A stretch of 64,000 bases of DNA from Candidatus Latescibacterota bacterium (GCA_965116875.1 OZ220733.1:5056001-5120000), one strand, 5' to 3'. Counted from the first letter of the stretch, positions 9,051 to 18,821 are shown. Notes: generated from the sequence alone by a model not told the origin. A program made the numbers and translations.

Positions 9051-11672
9051 CTACCTTCCCAACTGTAACCGGACGATCTCAGGAACCCGGGCAAGCGCGT
9101 CGGACATCTTTTCAGGATGCCTGCCACCCGCCTGCGCAAGATGGGGTCGTCCACCACCGCCGCCGCCCACCAGCTCAGCCACCGCCTTGACGATATTGCC
9201 CGCCTGCACGCCCCGCTGGATGAGGTCGTCCGTCACCACCGCGATCAGTGAGGCTTTGCCATTCAGCGCCGCACCCAGAACGCCCACGCCCGATCCCAGG
9301 GTCTCTCGGAGCCGGTCGCCCATTTCCCGAAATGCCTCCATGTCCGCCGGCTGGACGGCGGTAGCCACCACACGGACCCCGTCCACCTCCACCGCGGCGC
9401 CCGCCAGGTCGCGCATCTGCTCCCCGGCCGATGCGCTGCGAATGGATTGTACCGTCCGCTCGAGTTCCTTGCCCCGGGAGATCAGCCGCTCGACGCGATC
9501 GGGCAGCGCGTCGGCCTCCTCGCTCAACATTTCCTCCAGCGCGGCGAGGGTGGACCTCTGTTTCCGGATGAGCGCCTCGACACCCGCACCGGTGACTGCT
9601 TCCACCCGTCGAACGCCGGCAGCCGTTCCCGTCTCGACCGTCAGCTGGAGCATGCCGATCTGACCCGTCGATCCCACGTGGGTACCGCCGCACAGCTCGA
9701 GGCTGAAGTCCCCAATCCGCACCGTCCGCACGATATCGCCGTATTTTTCGGAAAACAACATCCGGGCGCCGCTACGTCGCGCCTCTTCAAGACCCACCAT
9801 ACCGGTGTTTACCTTGAGATCCCGGCGGATCACCCGGTTTACGATACGGGCGATCTTGTCCTGCTGCGCGGGCGTAACGGCCTCGAAGTGGTTGAAGTCG
9901 AACCGCAGCCGGTCCGGCGCGACCAGCGACCCGGCCTGATTCACGTGGTTGCCGAGTACCTGGCGGAGGGCCTCGTGAAGCAGATGGGTGGCGGTGTGGT
10001 TTCGGGCGGTCTCCATCCGTCGCCCCGCGTCAACCCGCGCCTCAACGTGTGCGCCTTCCAGCGCGCCGGCGCAACCCCGCATCAGGCGCCCCCGGTGCAC
10101 AATGCCCTCACCCGACCGGAAAGTCTCCTCGACCAGAACCTCCAGATCTCCATTTTGAATCCGTCCCCGATCTCCCACCTGCCCTCCGGCTTCGGCGTAG
10201 AACGGCGTCTCCTTCAGGTAGACATCCACCCTGCCGTCCTCCACGGCCTTGTGCGCCGCAACGACGGTGTCGAGCGTCAGGCGATCGTATCCGACGAACA
10301 CGGAATGTTCCGACGGAAGGAAATCGTCGGACACCGCCTCCTGGGACGCGAAGACCCGCCGCCCCGCTTCCCGCGACCGCGCCTGCTGGGCGGCCATCTC
10401 CGCCTCAAACCCGTCCAGGTCCACCTCCAGCCCACGCTCCGTGCACATCAGTTGCGTGAGATCGATTGGGAAACCGTAGGTATCATACAGGCGAAACGCG
10501 TCCCGTCCGGAGACTTTTCCCCCGTTGGAAACCACCTCGAACATCTCCAGCCCCCGGTCGAGCGTTTTCCCGAACCCTTCTTCCTCCGACCGGATGACCC
10601 GGGAAATGTGGTCGGCCTGCTCCGTCACTTCGGGAAACACGTTCCCCATAACGCGCACGACAACGGGCACCAGCCCATGAATGAACGGATCGTGCATCTC
10701 CAGCGTGCGACCGTATCGCGCCGCCCGCCTCAGGATACGCCGCAGCACGTACCCCCGCCCCTCGTTGGATGGCAGCACTCCGTCCGCTACTGCAAAACAG
10801 AGCGTACGGATATGGTCGGCGATAACCCGCATCGCCACCCGGTTTTCGTCGTTATATGATCTCCCGGTAACGTCGCTGATTGCGGTGAGAATTGGCTGAA
10901 ACAGATCGGTATCGTAAGTGGATTCCACCCCCTGGAGCACGGTGCAGACGCGCTCGAACCCCAGGCCGGTATCCACGTGTCTGTCGGGCAGCGGATGCAG
11001 TACGCCTTCGGCATCCCGGTTGAACTGAATGAAGACCAGATTCCAGATTTCCGACGTATCCGGACCGTCGAGGTCCGGAACCTCGCGGAACCACGACGCC
11101 GGATCGTCACCGAGATAGTAGTGCACCTCCGAACACGGACCGCACGGACCGGTCTCGCCCATCTGCCAGAAGTTGTCCGTCTTGTCGAGCCGCAACACCC
11201 GTTCCGCGGGGAGGTCCGTCACCTCCGCCCAGAGCGCTTCCGCCTCCTCGTCCGCCGCCAGTCCGTCAGCGGCGTCCCCGCCGAATACCGTGGCGCAGAG
11301 CCGGTCCCTGGGCAACTGCCAGACCTCGGTCAACAGTTCCCAGGCCCATGCGATGGCCTCGCGCTTGAAATAATCTCCGAACGACCAGTTGCCCAGCATT
11401 TCGAAGAACGTATGGTGCTGCGCACTGAAGCCCACCTCTTCAAGATCGTTGTGATGCCCCGATACGCGGATGCATTTCTGGGTATCCACCGCCCGGCTGT
11501 AATCCCGGCGGCCGGTGCCCAGAAACACGTCCTTGAACTGATTCATCCCCGCATTTGTAAACAGCAGGGTGGCATCTTCCTGCGGCGCCACGGGCGCGCT
11601 CGGCACGATCGTATGGCCCCTGTCTTCGAAAAACCGAAGATACTCATCACGGATGTCGGCTGAAGATTTCAT
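9051..11672 (-). CDS. alaS: Alanyl-tRNA synthetase
   Basis: LFTNAGMNQFK, HHTFFEMLGNWSFGDYFK, editing HTATH and ELCGGTH, C-terminal GGGG; start set at MKSSADIR. Confidence 0.98.
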   Translation of the reverse strand: MKSSADIRDEYLRFFEDRGHTIVPSAPVAPQEDATLLFTNAGMNQFKDVFLGTGRRDYSRAVDTQKCIRVSGHHNDLEEVGFSAQHHTFFEMLGNWSFGDYFKREAIAWAWELLTEVWQLPRDRLCATVFGGDAADGLAADEEAEALWAEVTDLPAERVLRLDKTDNFWQMGETGPCGPCSEVHYYLGDDPASWFREVPDLDGPDTSEIWNLVFIQFNRDAEGVLHPLPDRHVDTGLGFERVCTVLQGVESTYDTDLFQPILTAISDVTGRSYNDENRVAMRVIADHIRTLCFAVADGVLPSNEGRGYVLRRILRRAARYGRTLEMHDPFIHGLVPVVVRVMGNVFPEVTEQADHISRVIRSEEEGFGKTLDRGLEMFEVVSNGGKVSGRDAFRLYDTYGFPIDLTQLMCTERGLEVDLDGFEAEMAAQQARSREAGRRVFASQEAVSDDFLPSEHSVFVGYDRLTLDTVVAAHKAVEDGRVDVYLKETPFYAEAGGQVGDRGRIQNGDLEVLVEETFRSGEGIVHRGRLMRGCAGALEGAHVEARVDAGRRMETARNHTATHLLHEALRQVLGNHVNQAGSLVAPDRLRFDFNHFEAVTPAQQDKIARIVNRVIRRDLKVNTGMVGLEEARRSGARMLFSEKYGDIVRTVRIGDFSLELCGGTHVGSTGQIGMLQLTVETGTAAGVRRVEAVTGAGVEALIRKQRSTLAALEEMLSEEADALPDRVERLISRGKELERTVQSIRSASAGEQMRDLAGAAVEVDGVRVVATAVQPADMEAFREMGDRLRETLGSGVGVLGAALNGKASLIAVVTDDLIQRGVQAGNIVKAVAELVGGGGGGRPHLAQAGGRHPEKMSDALARVPEIVRLQLGR

Positions 11673-11722
11673 GGATTGATACGCATTGACAAAGGTACAC
11701 GCCGGACCCGGCCGGTTCCGGC

Positions 11723-12253
11723 TCACGAACCCGGCGCGCCGTCGTGACCGCTTTCGCTGAATTCCACCCAGGCCCTCTCCGCGGCCGCTTGCGCCACGGC
11801 CCCGAATCCGCGGCGCCCCAGGAACCCGTACATGCGGGAAAGCGCTTTCCGCCGGTCCACGCCGTCGTAGTGCCTCCTGCGCGACCTCAGAAGATCCAGG
11901 GCGACAACTTCGGGATCGACGCCTTCGAACGTTTCGTCCAGCACGTCCTCGGCCGTGGCAGGGTCGATGCCTCGTTTTTTCAACTCGTGACGGAGCAGCC
12001 CCCGCCCCGCGGGCCGGATTCGCATACGCTCTTGTACGAAACGAAGGGCATAATCCCGATCGTCGACCAGCTTCAGCCGCCGCAGTTCGTCGAGGGTCTG
12101 CTCAACCACGGGATCCTGAAACCCGCGGCGGCGCAGCCTTTCTCTCATTTCCGCACACGAATACGCGCGCGCGCCCAGAAGTCGAAACGCCGCATTCTTC
12201 GCCTTTTCGGCGGTGTTCGGGCGATCCGTCGGCGAACTGGAACTCGGTTTCAT
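11723..12253 (-). CDS. recX: Regulatory protein RecX
   Basis: A-RLL-R-S-E-RL-RRGF and DDRDYA repeats; sits between recA and alaS; start uncertain. Confidence 0.88.
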   Translation of the reverse strand: MKPSSSSPTDRPNTAEKAKNAAFRLLGARAYSCAEMRERLRRRGFQDPVVEQTLDELRRLKLVDDRDYALRFVQERMRIRPAGRGLLRHELKKRGIDPATAEDVLDETFEGVDPEVVALDLLRSRRRHYDGVDRRKALSRMYGFLGRRGFGAVAQAAAERAWVEFSESGHDGAPGS

Positions 12254-12347
12254 CCGCGGCACCTCGATGGCTGGAAATGCCAACTCCCCGGCGTACAGGG
12301 GCTCGGGCCGCGCCAGACGCCCGGCCGCGTGCCCCGCCCGATGCGTC

Positions 12348-13388
12348 TCAGGCGTCGTCGCCCGACGCCGCCGTGCCGTTATCCGCCAGACCCACGGCCT
12401 CGCGCACCCGGGATTCGATTTCCGCGGCGAGCTCCGGTTGTTCCTTCAGGTGGTTCTTTACGTTCTCCCGCCCCTGCCCAAGGCGGTCGCTGCCATAGGA
12501 AAACCAGGTACCGCTCTTGCTGACAATACCGTGAAGTTCTGCGATATCCAGAAGGCTGCCCTCTCTCGAAATGCCTTCTCCGAACATCAGATCGAACTCC
12601 GCCTCCTTGAACGGCGCGGCCATCTTGTTCTTGACAACCCGGACACGGACCCGGTTGCCCGTGACTTCCTGCCCATCCTTGATAGCGCCAATGCGTCGGA
12701 TATCCATGCGTACGGACGCATAGAATTTAAGCGCGTTTCCGCCCGAGGTCGTTTCCGGATTGCCGAACATCACACCGATCTTCATCCTGATCTGGTTGGT
12801 GAACATTACGCATGTCTTGGATCTGCTGATCGATCCGGAAAGCTTGCGCAGGGCCTGAGACATCAGCCGCGCCTGCAGGCCCACGTGGGAATCGCCCATG
12901 TCTCCTTCGAGTTCCGCACGCGGCACGAGCGCCGCGACGGAGTCCACCACCACCGCGTCGAACCCGCCGCTGCGCACGAGCGTGTCGGTGATTTCCAGGG
13001 CCTCCTCCCCGGTATCGGGCTGCGAGATGAGGAGGTTTTCAAGATCGACACCGATCCGCTCGGCAAGTTCCACGTTGAGCGCATGCTCCGCATCGACAAA
13101 GGCACAGGTTCCGCCCTTCCGTTGCGCTTCCGCGATAACGTGCAGGGTCAGTGTGGTCTTGCCGGATCCTTCAGGACCGTAAATCTCGACGACCCGCCCC
13201 CGCGGGACCCCACCCGCGCCGAGGGCGACGTCCAGTGCGAGAGCGCCGGTTGGAATTACTTCGACGGCCACCTGCCCGCCCTCTTCGCCGCCCAGCCGCA
13301 TGATGGAACCCTGCCCGAACTGCTTCTCGATTTGCGAAATGGCCAGATCGATGGCCTTTTCCTTGCCGGCGCCCCTGGACTTCGCCAT
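12348..13388 (-). CDS. recA: Recombinase RecA
   Basis: [31 protein letters not shown] signature. Confidence 0.99.
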   Translation of the reverse strand: MAKSRGAGKEKAIDLAISQIEKQFGQGSIMRLGGEEGGQVAVEVIPTGALALDVALGAGGVPRGRVVEIYGPEGSGKTTLTLHVIAEAQRKGGTCAFVDAEHALNVELAERIGVDLENLLISQPDTGEEALEITDTLVRSGGFDAVVVDSVAALVPRAELEGDMGDSHVGLQARLMSQALRKLSGSISRSKTCVMFTNQIRMKIGVMFGNPETTSGGNALKFYASVRMDIRRIGAIKDGQEVTGNRVRVRVVKNKMAAPFKEAEFDLMFGEGISREGSLLDIAELHGIVSKSGTWFSYGSDRLGQGRENVKNHLKEQPELAAEIESRVREAVGLADNGTAASGDDA

Positions 13389-13446
13389 TGCCTGCCCCTC
13401 CTGACTGAATTGACCTGTTGGATCATGGCGCAGCCCACGGCCCTTG

Positions 13447-13635
13447 GCAGCCCGTTGAAAAAGTCCATCCGGGCTACGGCCGGCCCTTGCGGTCGAAAAC
13501 CTGCGTTGCGCTCCCTCGCCGAATCGAAGGATGGGACTCGGTCGCGCGCCTTGTCTTCGGCCACAATGGCTCGGCCTCGCCTGCCTGCCAAGACTTCACT
13601 GAAGGGCAGGCGGAGCGACTTTATCAACGGACTGC
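13447..13635. mobile_element. MITE-like element (189 bp) in the recA leader
   Basis: 19-bp imperfect TIRs GCAGCCCGTTGAAAAAGTC / GACTTTATCAACGGACTGC, flanked by TG/TA; internal GCGTTG...GCCTTG hairpin; no credible CDS. Confidence 0.7.
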
Positions 13636-13678
13636 TAGAGGAGCCCGATTCTCTGCGCCGCAACATGTGTGGTCACCA

Positions 13679-13707
13679 AATATAGTGAACATTTGTATAT
13701 GAATCAA
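13679..13707 (-). promoter_or_regulatory. recA promoter containing a candidate SOS operator (TGAAC-ATTT-GTATA, 13686-13699)
   Basis: Minus strand TTGATT-17 nt-TATATT with an AC-N4-GT dyad in the spacer. Confidence 0.65.
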
Positions 13708-13768
13708 GTCTGTAGTTTGCGGAAACTGCAGGAAGAAAAACCTGGGCGGGTATTGTGATCGAAAATAT

Positions 13769-13797
13769 AATATATCCGCAGTCCAACGGGAAGTCAA
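13769..13797 (-). promoter_or_regulatory. Second, upstream sigma70 promoter toward recA
   Basis: Minus strand TTGACT-17 nt-TATATT. Confidence 0.55.
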
Positions 13798-13848
13798 GCC
13801 CTGCCCGTCCGGAAAAATCCATCCCGCGGCGCCTGCCTCCCGGGCCGG

Positions 13849-14418
13849 TCAACCCCGCCCCGGCGACCCGGAAAGCCGTGCGTGACCCAGCGCGGTATAG
13901 ACGGCGCCTCCGGGCCGTAACTCACTGCTGTACAATGACAAACAGTCCACCTTAAAGTGCGCGGACGGGACGGCCCCGGTCAATCCGGAAGGCAACTGCA
14001 CCGCCCTCCTTCTTGCGCGGGCGAGGGTCAGGTGCGGACGGAACCGCCGTTCCTCTCTTTCGAACCCGATCCTGAACATGGCGTCCTCCAGGTCCGCCTT
14101 CAGCCGGTCCAGAATTGCCGTCTCCCCGCCCACTTCCAGCCAGACCACCCGCGCCCGATGCGGATTCGGCGCGCCCACCCCCGACGTATGCAACGCCATC
14201 GGAGGCGTGTGACCGGCCACCTCGCGCATTGCCTTCAGAACGACCGGCACGCACGCAACTTCCACGTTACCCAGGAACTTGAGGGTGAGATGCACGCCTT
14301 CGGGACGCACCCATCTCAGCCGCGCGTCCACGTCCGCGAGGAATCGTCTTGCGGCCTGACAGACCGGGATCAGTGACGCGGGAAAATCGACGGCCACAAA
14401 TGCGCGAAGCGTCGCCAT
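13849..14418 (-). CDS. thpR: RNA 2',3'-cyclic phosphodiesterase (2H family)
   Basis: Two HxT motifs (HLTLKFLG, PHLTLAR); R-F-A N-terminus and G-VY C-terminus. Confidence 0.92.
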   Translation of the reverse strand: MATLRAFVAVDFPASLIPVCQAARRFLADVDARLRWVRPEGVHLTLKFLGNVEVACVPVVLKAMREVAGHTPPMALHTSGVGAPNPHRARVVWLEVGGETAILDRLKADLEDAMFRIGFEREERRFRPHLTLARARRRAVQLPSGLTGAVPSAHFKVDCLSLYSSELRPGGAVYTALGHARLSGSPGRG

Positions 14419-14424
14419 TACGTG

Positions 14425-14886
14425 TCAACCGCTCCACAGGGACAACCCGGCGCGTATCAGTAGATTTCCGTAAATCCCCGCGATCACATCGTCCATTACC
14501 ACGCCCCATCCACCAGGCAACTTTTCCGAAGCGCGCACCGGCGGCGGCTTCAGGATATCCAGCGCCCGGAAAATAAAAAATCCGGCAACCCCCACCGCAG
14601 GTGACAACGGCAGGAAGGCTACCGTGACATAAAACCCCACAAACTCGTCAATAACGACCGGCCCGGGATCCGGGCCCCAGACATGTTCACCCAGGGACGC
14701 GGTATAAACCGCCACCCCGAAAACCAGGACGAGAAACAGGACCCACGAAAGGGCTCCGAACCCCGGCGTAAGGGTACCGGCCACCAGGTACGGAACCATT
14801 GCCGCTGCCGTGCCCGCCGTGCCCGGCGCAACCGGTGCGTATCCGGAGAAAAAGCCGGTGGCAAGCAGCCGGGTCCACGGATTCAA
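14425..14886 (-). CDS. pgpA: Phosphatidylglycerophosphatase A
   Basis: APGTAG, DPGPVVIDE, FRALDILKP, GVVMDD. Confidence 0.93.
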   Translation of the reverse strand: MNPWTRLLATGFFSGYAPVAPGTAGTAAAMVPYLVAGTLTPGFGALSWVLFLVLVFGVAVYTASLGEHVWGPDPGPVVIDEFVGFYVTVAFLPLSPAVGVAGFFIFRALDILKPPPVRASEKLPGGWGVVMDDVIAGIYGNLLIRAGLSLWSG

Positions 14887-14909
14887 GTCAGCGGCCTCCG
14901 ATCCCCCGC

Positions 14910-15560
14910 TCAGGCCGCGTCACGGCCATGCTCCACCAGGTAGAGGACACCCGACACGACCGCCAGCAGGGTAACCGCCGCTACCAGGACGTTCAACACC
15001 ATCTGCGAACCCGAATCCACCAGCACCAGGGGCTGAGAGGTCAGCTCCGCGGTGATTACGCGAACGTTGATGAACACAAGGATGCCGAACGCCAGCACCA
15101 GTTGCAGCATGGTCTTCCATTTCGCCAGTCGTGACGTGACTACCGGACGTCCCTTGCGGATCGCGTACACACGCAGGCTGGTAATCACGGCATCCCGGAT
15201 CAGCATGGCGCCCACGAGCCATGCTTCCACCATCCCCAGGAGTACGAAGGAGATGAGCGCGGAGGAAACCAGCAGCTTGTCGGCGAGCGGATCCATGAAC
15301 CGTCCGAGGCTGGTTACCGTTTTGTCGCGGCGCGCGAACCAGCCGTCGAAGAAATCGGTCAGCGAGGCCACGGTGAAAACAAGCAGCGCCAGAATCTTGT
15401 TGAATCCGCTGTCCGAAAAAATCAGCGCCAGAAAGACGGGGGTGAGGACAATCCTCAGGCCCGTCAGAAAATTGGGAAACGTGACCATGCGGTCGGCCGG
15501 CTGCGGCTTGGGCAGCCGGATCCCCTGTGAACTGCCGCGGAGTGTGTCGGTACGGTTCAT
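14910..15560 (-). CDS. pgsA: CDP-diacylglycerol--glycerol-3-phosphate phosphatidyltransferase
   Basis: PNFLT-LR, D-FDG-FAR...G-FMDPLADK CDP-alcohol motif; next to pgpA; true start may be internal (MVTFPN). Confidence 0.9.
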   Translation of the reverse strand: MNRTDTLRGSSQGIRLPKPQPADRMVTFPNFLTGLRIVLTPVFLALIFSDSGFNKILALLVFTVASLTDFFDGWFARRDKTVTSLGRFMDPLADKLLVSSALISFVLLGMVEAWLVGAMLIRDAVITSLRVYAIRKGRPVVTSRLAKWKTMLQLVLAFGILVFINVRVITAELTSQPLVLVDSGSQMVLNVLVAAVTLLAVVSGVLYLVEHGRDAA

Positions 15561-16150
15561 AGTTCTCTGCGTCCATCCAGCGCACGGGAGAGCGTAACCT
15601 GGTCGGCGAGGGCGAGATCGCTGCCGACGGGAAGGCCCCTGGCGATCTGCGTTACAATGACGTCGTGCGTTGCCAGGACCTGCTTGAGGTATTGCGCGGT
15701 CGCGTCGCCCTCGACGGTGGGACCATTCGCCAGAATGACCTCGCGAATGCCGCCGCCGTTCAGCCGCGCAACGAGTGGTTGAATGTTCAGTTCCTCCGGC
15801 CCGATACCGTCCAGAGGAGAAATCCGCCCGCCCAGGACGTGATACAGGCCGCGATACGCCTGCATACGTTCCATTGCCAGCAGGTCGCCGACATAATCCA
15901 CCACCATCAACTGAGACCGGTCCCGCCGCTCATCCCCGCAGATGGGGCACGGGTCGCTCTCCGAAATGTTGAAACACGCGCCACAGGTCCGGACACGGGT
16001 CTTCACCTCCACCAGCAGATCTGCCAGCGCGCGTACGTCTTCATTCTTCCAGGTCAAAACGTCGAGTGCGATTCGCCGCGCGGACTTTTCGCCGATGCCC
16101 GGCAGCCGCCCCAACCCTGCCACCAGCCGATCGATGGCATTGGAAGCCAT
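15557..16150 (-). CDS. recR: Recombination mediator RecR
   Basis: LPGIGEKSA HhH, C4 zinc finger, YHVLGG-ISP, TOPRIM; start at MASNAID. Confidence 0.96.
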   Translation of the reverse strand: MASNAIDRLVAGLGRLPGIGEKSARRIALDVLTWKNEDVRALADLLVEVKTRVRTCGACFNISESDPCPICGDERRDRSQLMVVDYVGDLLAMERMQAYRGLYHVLGGRISPLDGIGPEELNIQPLVARLNGGGIREVILANGPTVEGDATAQYLKQVLATHDVIVTQIARGLPVGSDLALADQVTLSRALDGRREL

Positions 16151-16223
16151 CCTGACTCTCCTCGAAAACGGATACCCGGACCGCATCTCCGCACCGGGAC
16201 AGAACACTGGCGGCGGCCAGCAC

Positions 16224-16547
16224 CTACAGACCCAGGTTGACGCCCGGCGGCAACATGCCCGATGTTGCCCTCTGCATCTCTCGGTCGGCCAATTCCTGCG
16301 CCTTCTCGCGGGCCTGCTGAATGGCGGCCATGATCAGGTCTTCCAGCATCTCCACGTCATCGGGGTCCACGACCTCCGCGTTGATGCGGATGCCCACAAT
16401 ATGCTGTTGTCCGTTTGCCCGCGCCACCACCATGCCGCCTCCTGAGGATCCCTCAACCTCCTTCGACGCGAGTTCCTCCTGTACCTTCGCCAGCCTGGCC
16501 TGCAGCTTCTGGGCCTGCTTCATCATTCCCGCCATGCCCTTCGCCAT
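16224..16547 (-). CDS. ybaB: Nucleoid-associated protein YbaB/EbfC
   Basis: MMKQAQ, G-SGGGMV, D-EMLEDLI-AA; dnaX-ybaB-recR synteny. Confidence 0.94.
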   Translation of the reverse strand: MAKGMAGMMKQAQKLQARLAKVQEELASKEVEGSSGGGMVVARANGQQHIVGIRINAEVVDPDDVEMLEDLIMAAIQQAREKAQELADREMQRATSGMLPPGVNLGL

Positions 16548-16567
16548 TGCGCCCTCCCCTGGTGGAA

Positions 16568-18265
16568 CTAATTTCCCACGACCTCTCCATCGAAGATTTC
16601 AATCGCCATCCGGACGCGTTCATCGGCCGGCGTGCGGTCGTCCTGCGCCGCGTCGCCGGCTTCGGCCTCGTCCAATGCGCATCGGACGCGCAGGGAGACG
16701 CCGAGGACTTCGGCCGTCGCTTCCTCCAGAAACGCCTCGTTGCGCCTCACCTGCTCGGCGTGAAACATATTGTTTGCCTTGAAGACCAGGTCCAGCCTCC
16801 GGTCCTCCAGCGCCGCGGGTCTGCATTCGGCCAGGAACGTCCCCAGAACCTGCTTTTGCATCCTGACGTACTCAACGAGGTCCGGCCACTTCTTCAGCAC
16901 GTCATCGATTGTGAGGTTGCGCGCCGGGGACGGATCCATCTCGGCCGGCGGTGCGGCGGGCTGTGGCGCGGGAGCGTCGACGACAGGCTGCTTCGATTCA
17001 TTGGCGACGTCCGGCGATGACGTTTGACCTTCAGGACGGTGAGGGACCGCCGGCGCCGGGTCACGGCCCGTGTCGGCCGGCGGGGCGGGTCCGGTCTGTC
17101 GCGCGACGGATGTCCCGCCCTTACGCAGCAGGCCTTCGAGCCGGTCCAGACGCGCCATGACTTCCGTGACGGACTCGGAGGGCGCCATCTTCACGAGCTT
17201 CAACACGGTCAGTTCCAGCCAGAACCGGGGGTTTGAAACCCGACCCATCCTCGACTCGAGTTCGGAAACCGCCTGCAACATGCGCAGGAGGTCTTCCTCG
17301 CGGAATCCCGCAGCCGTCTCGCGGTATCTTGCCTGGTCGGCCTCGGACAGATCGTCGCCTGCCAGCCCGTCCGATACGCGCGCCACCAGCAGATGCCTGA
17401 CATGCTCCAGCAATCCCTGTGTGAATTCGCCGGCATCGCCGCCGCCGTCCAGAACAAGACCCACCTTGCGCAGCGCCGTCGCCGTGTCTGAATCGAGCAT
17501 GGCCTGCGTCAGTTCGAAGAAGGTGTCCGCGGGAATAACGCCCAGCAGATCCCTTACGGCGCCGGCGGAGACGGACCCGTCGGTAAACGCGATGGCCTGG
17601 TCGAGCAGATTCTCGGCGTCGCGGAGCGCGCCGTCGGCTTTCCGCGCCAGAAGAAACAGCGCCTCGTCTTCCGATTCGATCTCCTCCGCACCCAGGATCT
17701 TTCGAAGCTGCCCGACAATCGCCTCGGTGGATATCCGCCGGAAATTGTACCGCTGGCAGCGGGAGAGAATCGTCTCCGGCATGCGGTGCGGCTCCGTGGT
17801 GGCCAGGACGAACACCACGTGAGGAGGCGGCTCTTCCAGCGTCTTCAGGAGCGCGTTGAAGGCCTCCGCGGTGAGCATGTGTACTTCATCTATGATGTAG
17901 ACCTTGCGCTTGCCCCGGGTTGCGGCGAATCCGACTTCTTCCCGCAGTTGCCGGATTTCGTCGATGCCGCGATTCGACGCCCCGTCTATTTCCAGGACGT
18001 CCATGCTCTTGTTGTCGGCGATCGCCGTGCAGAATCCGCAGCTGCCGCAGGGCTCCGGCGTGGGACCGTTTTCGCAGTTGAACGCCTTCGCCAACAGCCG
18101 CGCCATCGTCGTCTTTCCCGTCCCCCGCGGGCCGCAGAACAGATACGCCTGGACAACCCGATCGGATCGAATGGCGTTCTGCAACGTCCGGACGATGTGG
18201 TCCTGCGCGACCACGTCCTGAAAGACCTCTGGCCGCCATTTGCGGGCGATCACACGATAGGCCAT
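16568..18265 (-). CDS. dnaX: DNA polymerase III subunit gamma/tau
   Basis: ARKWRP, GPRGTGKTT, IDEVHML, NALLKTLEEPP, SRCQ; start at MAYRVIAR. Confidence 0.97.
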   Translation of the reverse strand: MAYRVIARKWRPEVFQDVVAQDHIVRTLQNAIRSDRVVQAYLFCGPRGTGKTTMARLLAKAFNCENGPTPEPCGSCGFCTAIADNKSMDVLEIDGASNRGIDEIRQLREEVGFAATRGKRKVYIIDEVHMLTAEAFNALLKTLEEPPPHVVFVLATTEPHRMPETILSRCQRYNFRRISTEAIVGQLRKILGAEEIESEDEALFLLARKADGALRDAENLLDQAIAFTDGSVSAGAVRDLLGVIPADTFFELTQAMLDSDTATALRKVGLVLDGGGDAGEFTQGLLEHVRHLLVARVSDGLAGDDLSEADQARYRETAAGFREEDLLRMLQAVSELESRMGRVSNPRFWLELTVLKLVKMAPSESVTEVMARLDRLEGLLRKGGTSVARQTGPAPPADTGRDPAPAVPHRPEGQTSSPDVANESKQPVVDAPAPQPAAPPAEMDPSPARNLTIDDVLKKWPDLVEYVRMQKQVLGTFLAECRPAALEDRRLDLVFKANNMFHAEQVRRNEAFLEEATAEVLGVSLRVRCALDEAEAGDAAQDDRTPADERVRMAIEIFDGEVVGN

Positions 18266-18338
18266 ACGGGTCAAGCCTCTCACCCGTCCATCGGACACGC
18301 ACGAACAGGAAGACGATTTCTGGAAGGCACGCTGAAAA

Positions 18339-18611
18339 GGCCGTGCACCCCGCTTCGGCTTTCAGACCGGGGTATTCGGAAAGTGCAAGCTCCCGCCAGG
18401 GGGCCCCGCGGCACACGGGCCGGGTTACCTACCGCTGCTACCTTCCGGTCCTGACGGGGTTCGGCAATCGTCCGTTGCGCAGGACCTGGCGATCAACACC
18501 GCGTACTTTCCGAATCACGTCTCGGAATGAAGAGCCTCAGACGAGGAGTTCAACCCCGCTATAGCGGATTGCGGGCTACAGGGCGCCGCTACTTCCCCGT
18601 CTAGCACGACC
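18339..18611 (-). ncRNA. ffs: Signal recognition particle RNA, large (Alu-domain, Bacillus scRNA-like) type
   Basis: 5' GGTCGTGCTAGACGGGGAAGTAGCGGCGCCCTGTA...CGCAATCCGCTATAGC like Bacillus scRNA; domain IV CCGTCAGGACCGGAAGGTAGCAGCGG; 3' GCACGGCC pairs with the 5' end; upstream of dnaX. Confidence 0.92.
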
Positions 18612-18617
18612 TGATAA

Positions 18618-18780
18618 GAAGCTGTGTAAAAATTACCGGTGAGTTCCCGAGCGCGAGCGAAAAGGTGGCGGTCAAGGCGGGAAAACCCGCCCATATTAGT
18701 CTATACGGGTGGGTTTGACCAACGCCGACCGGCGCTTTTGCAGCCGCGCGAAGGCCGCTGGGAATTTTTAATACAGCTTC
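18618..18780. mobile_element. MITE-like element (163 bp) between tRNA-Ala and SRP RNA
   Basis: TIRs GAAGCTGTGTAAAAATT / AATTTTTAATACAGCTTC; TAA on both flanks (18615-17, 18781-83); internal CAAGGCG...CAACGCC hairpin. Confidence 0.7.
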
Positions 18781-18821
18781 TAAACCAGCCGGCAGCCGCA
18801 GAGGGCCGATGGCTGTGTTCC

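Noticed and set aside
13256-13666. 136-aa ORF or leader peptide upstream of recA
   Set aside because: Runs through the MITE and overlaps recA out of frame.
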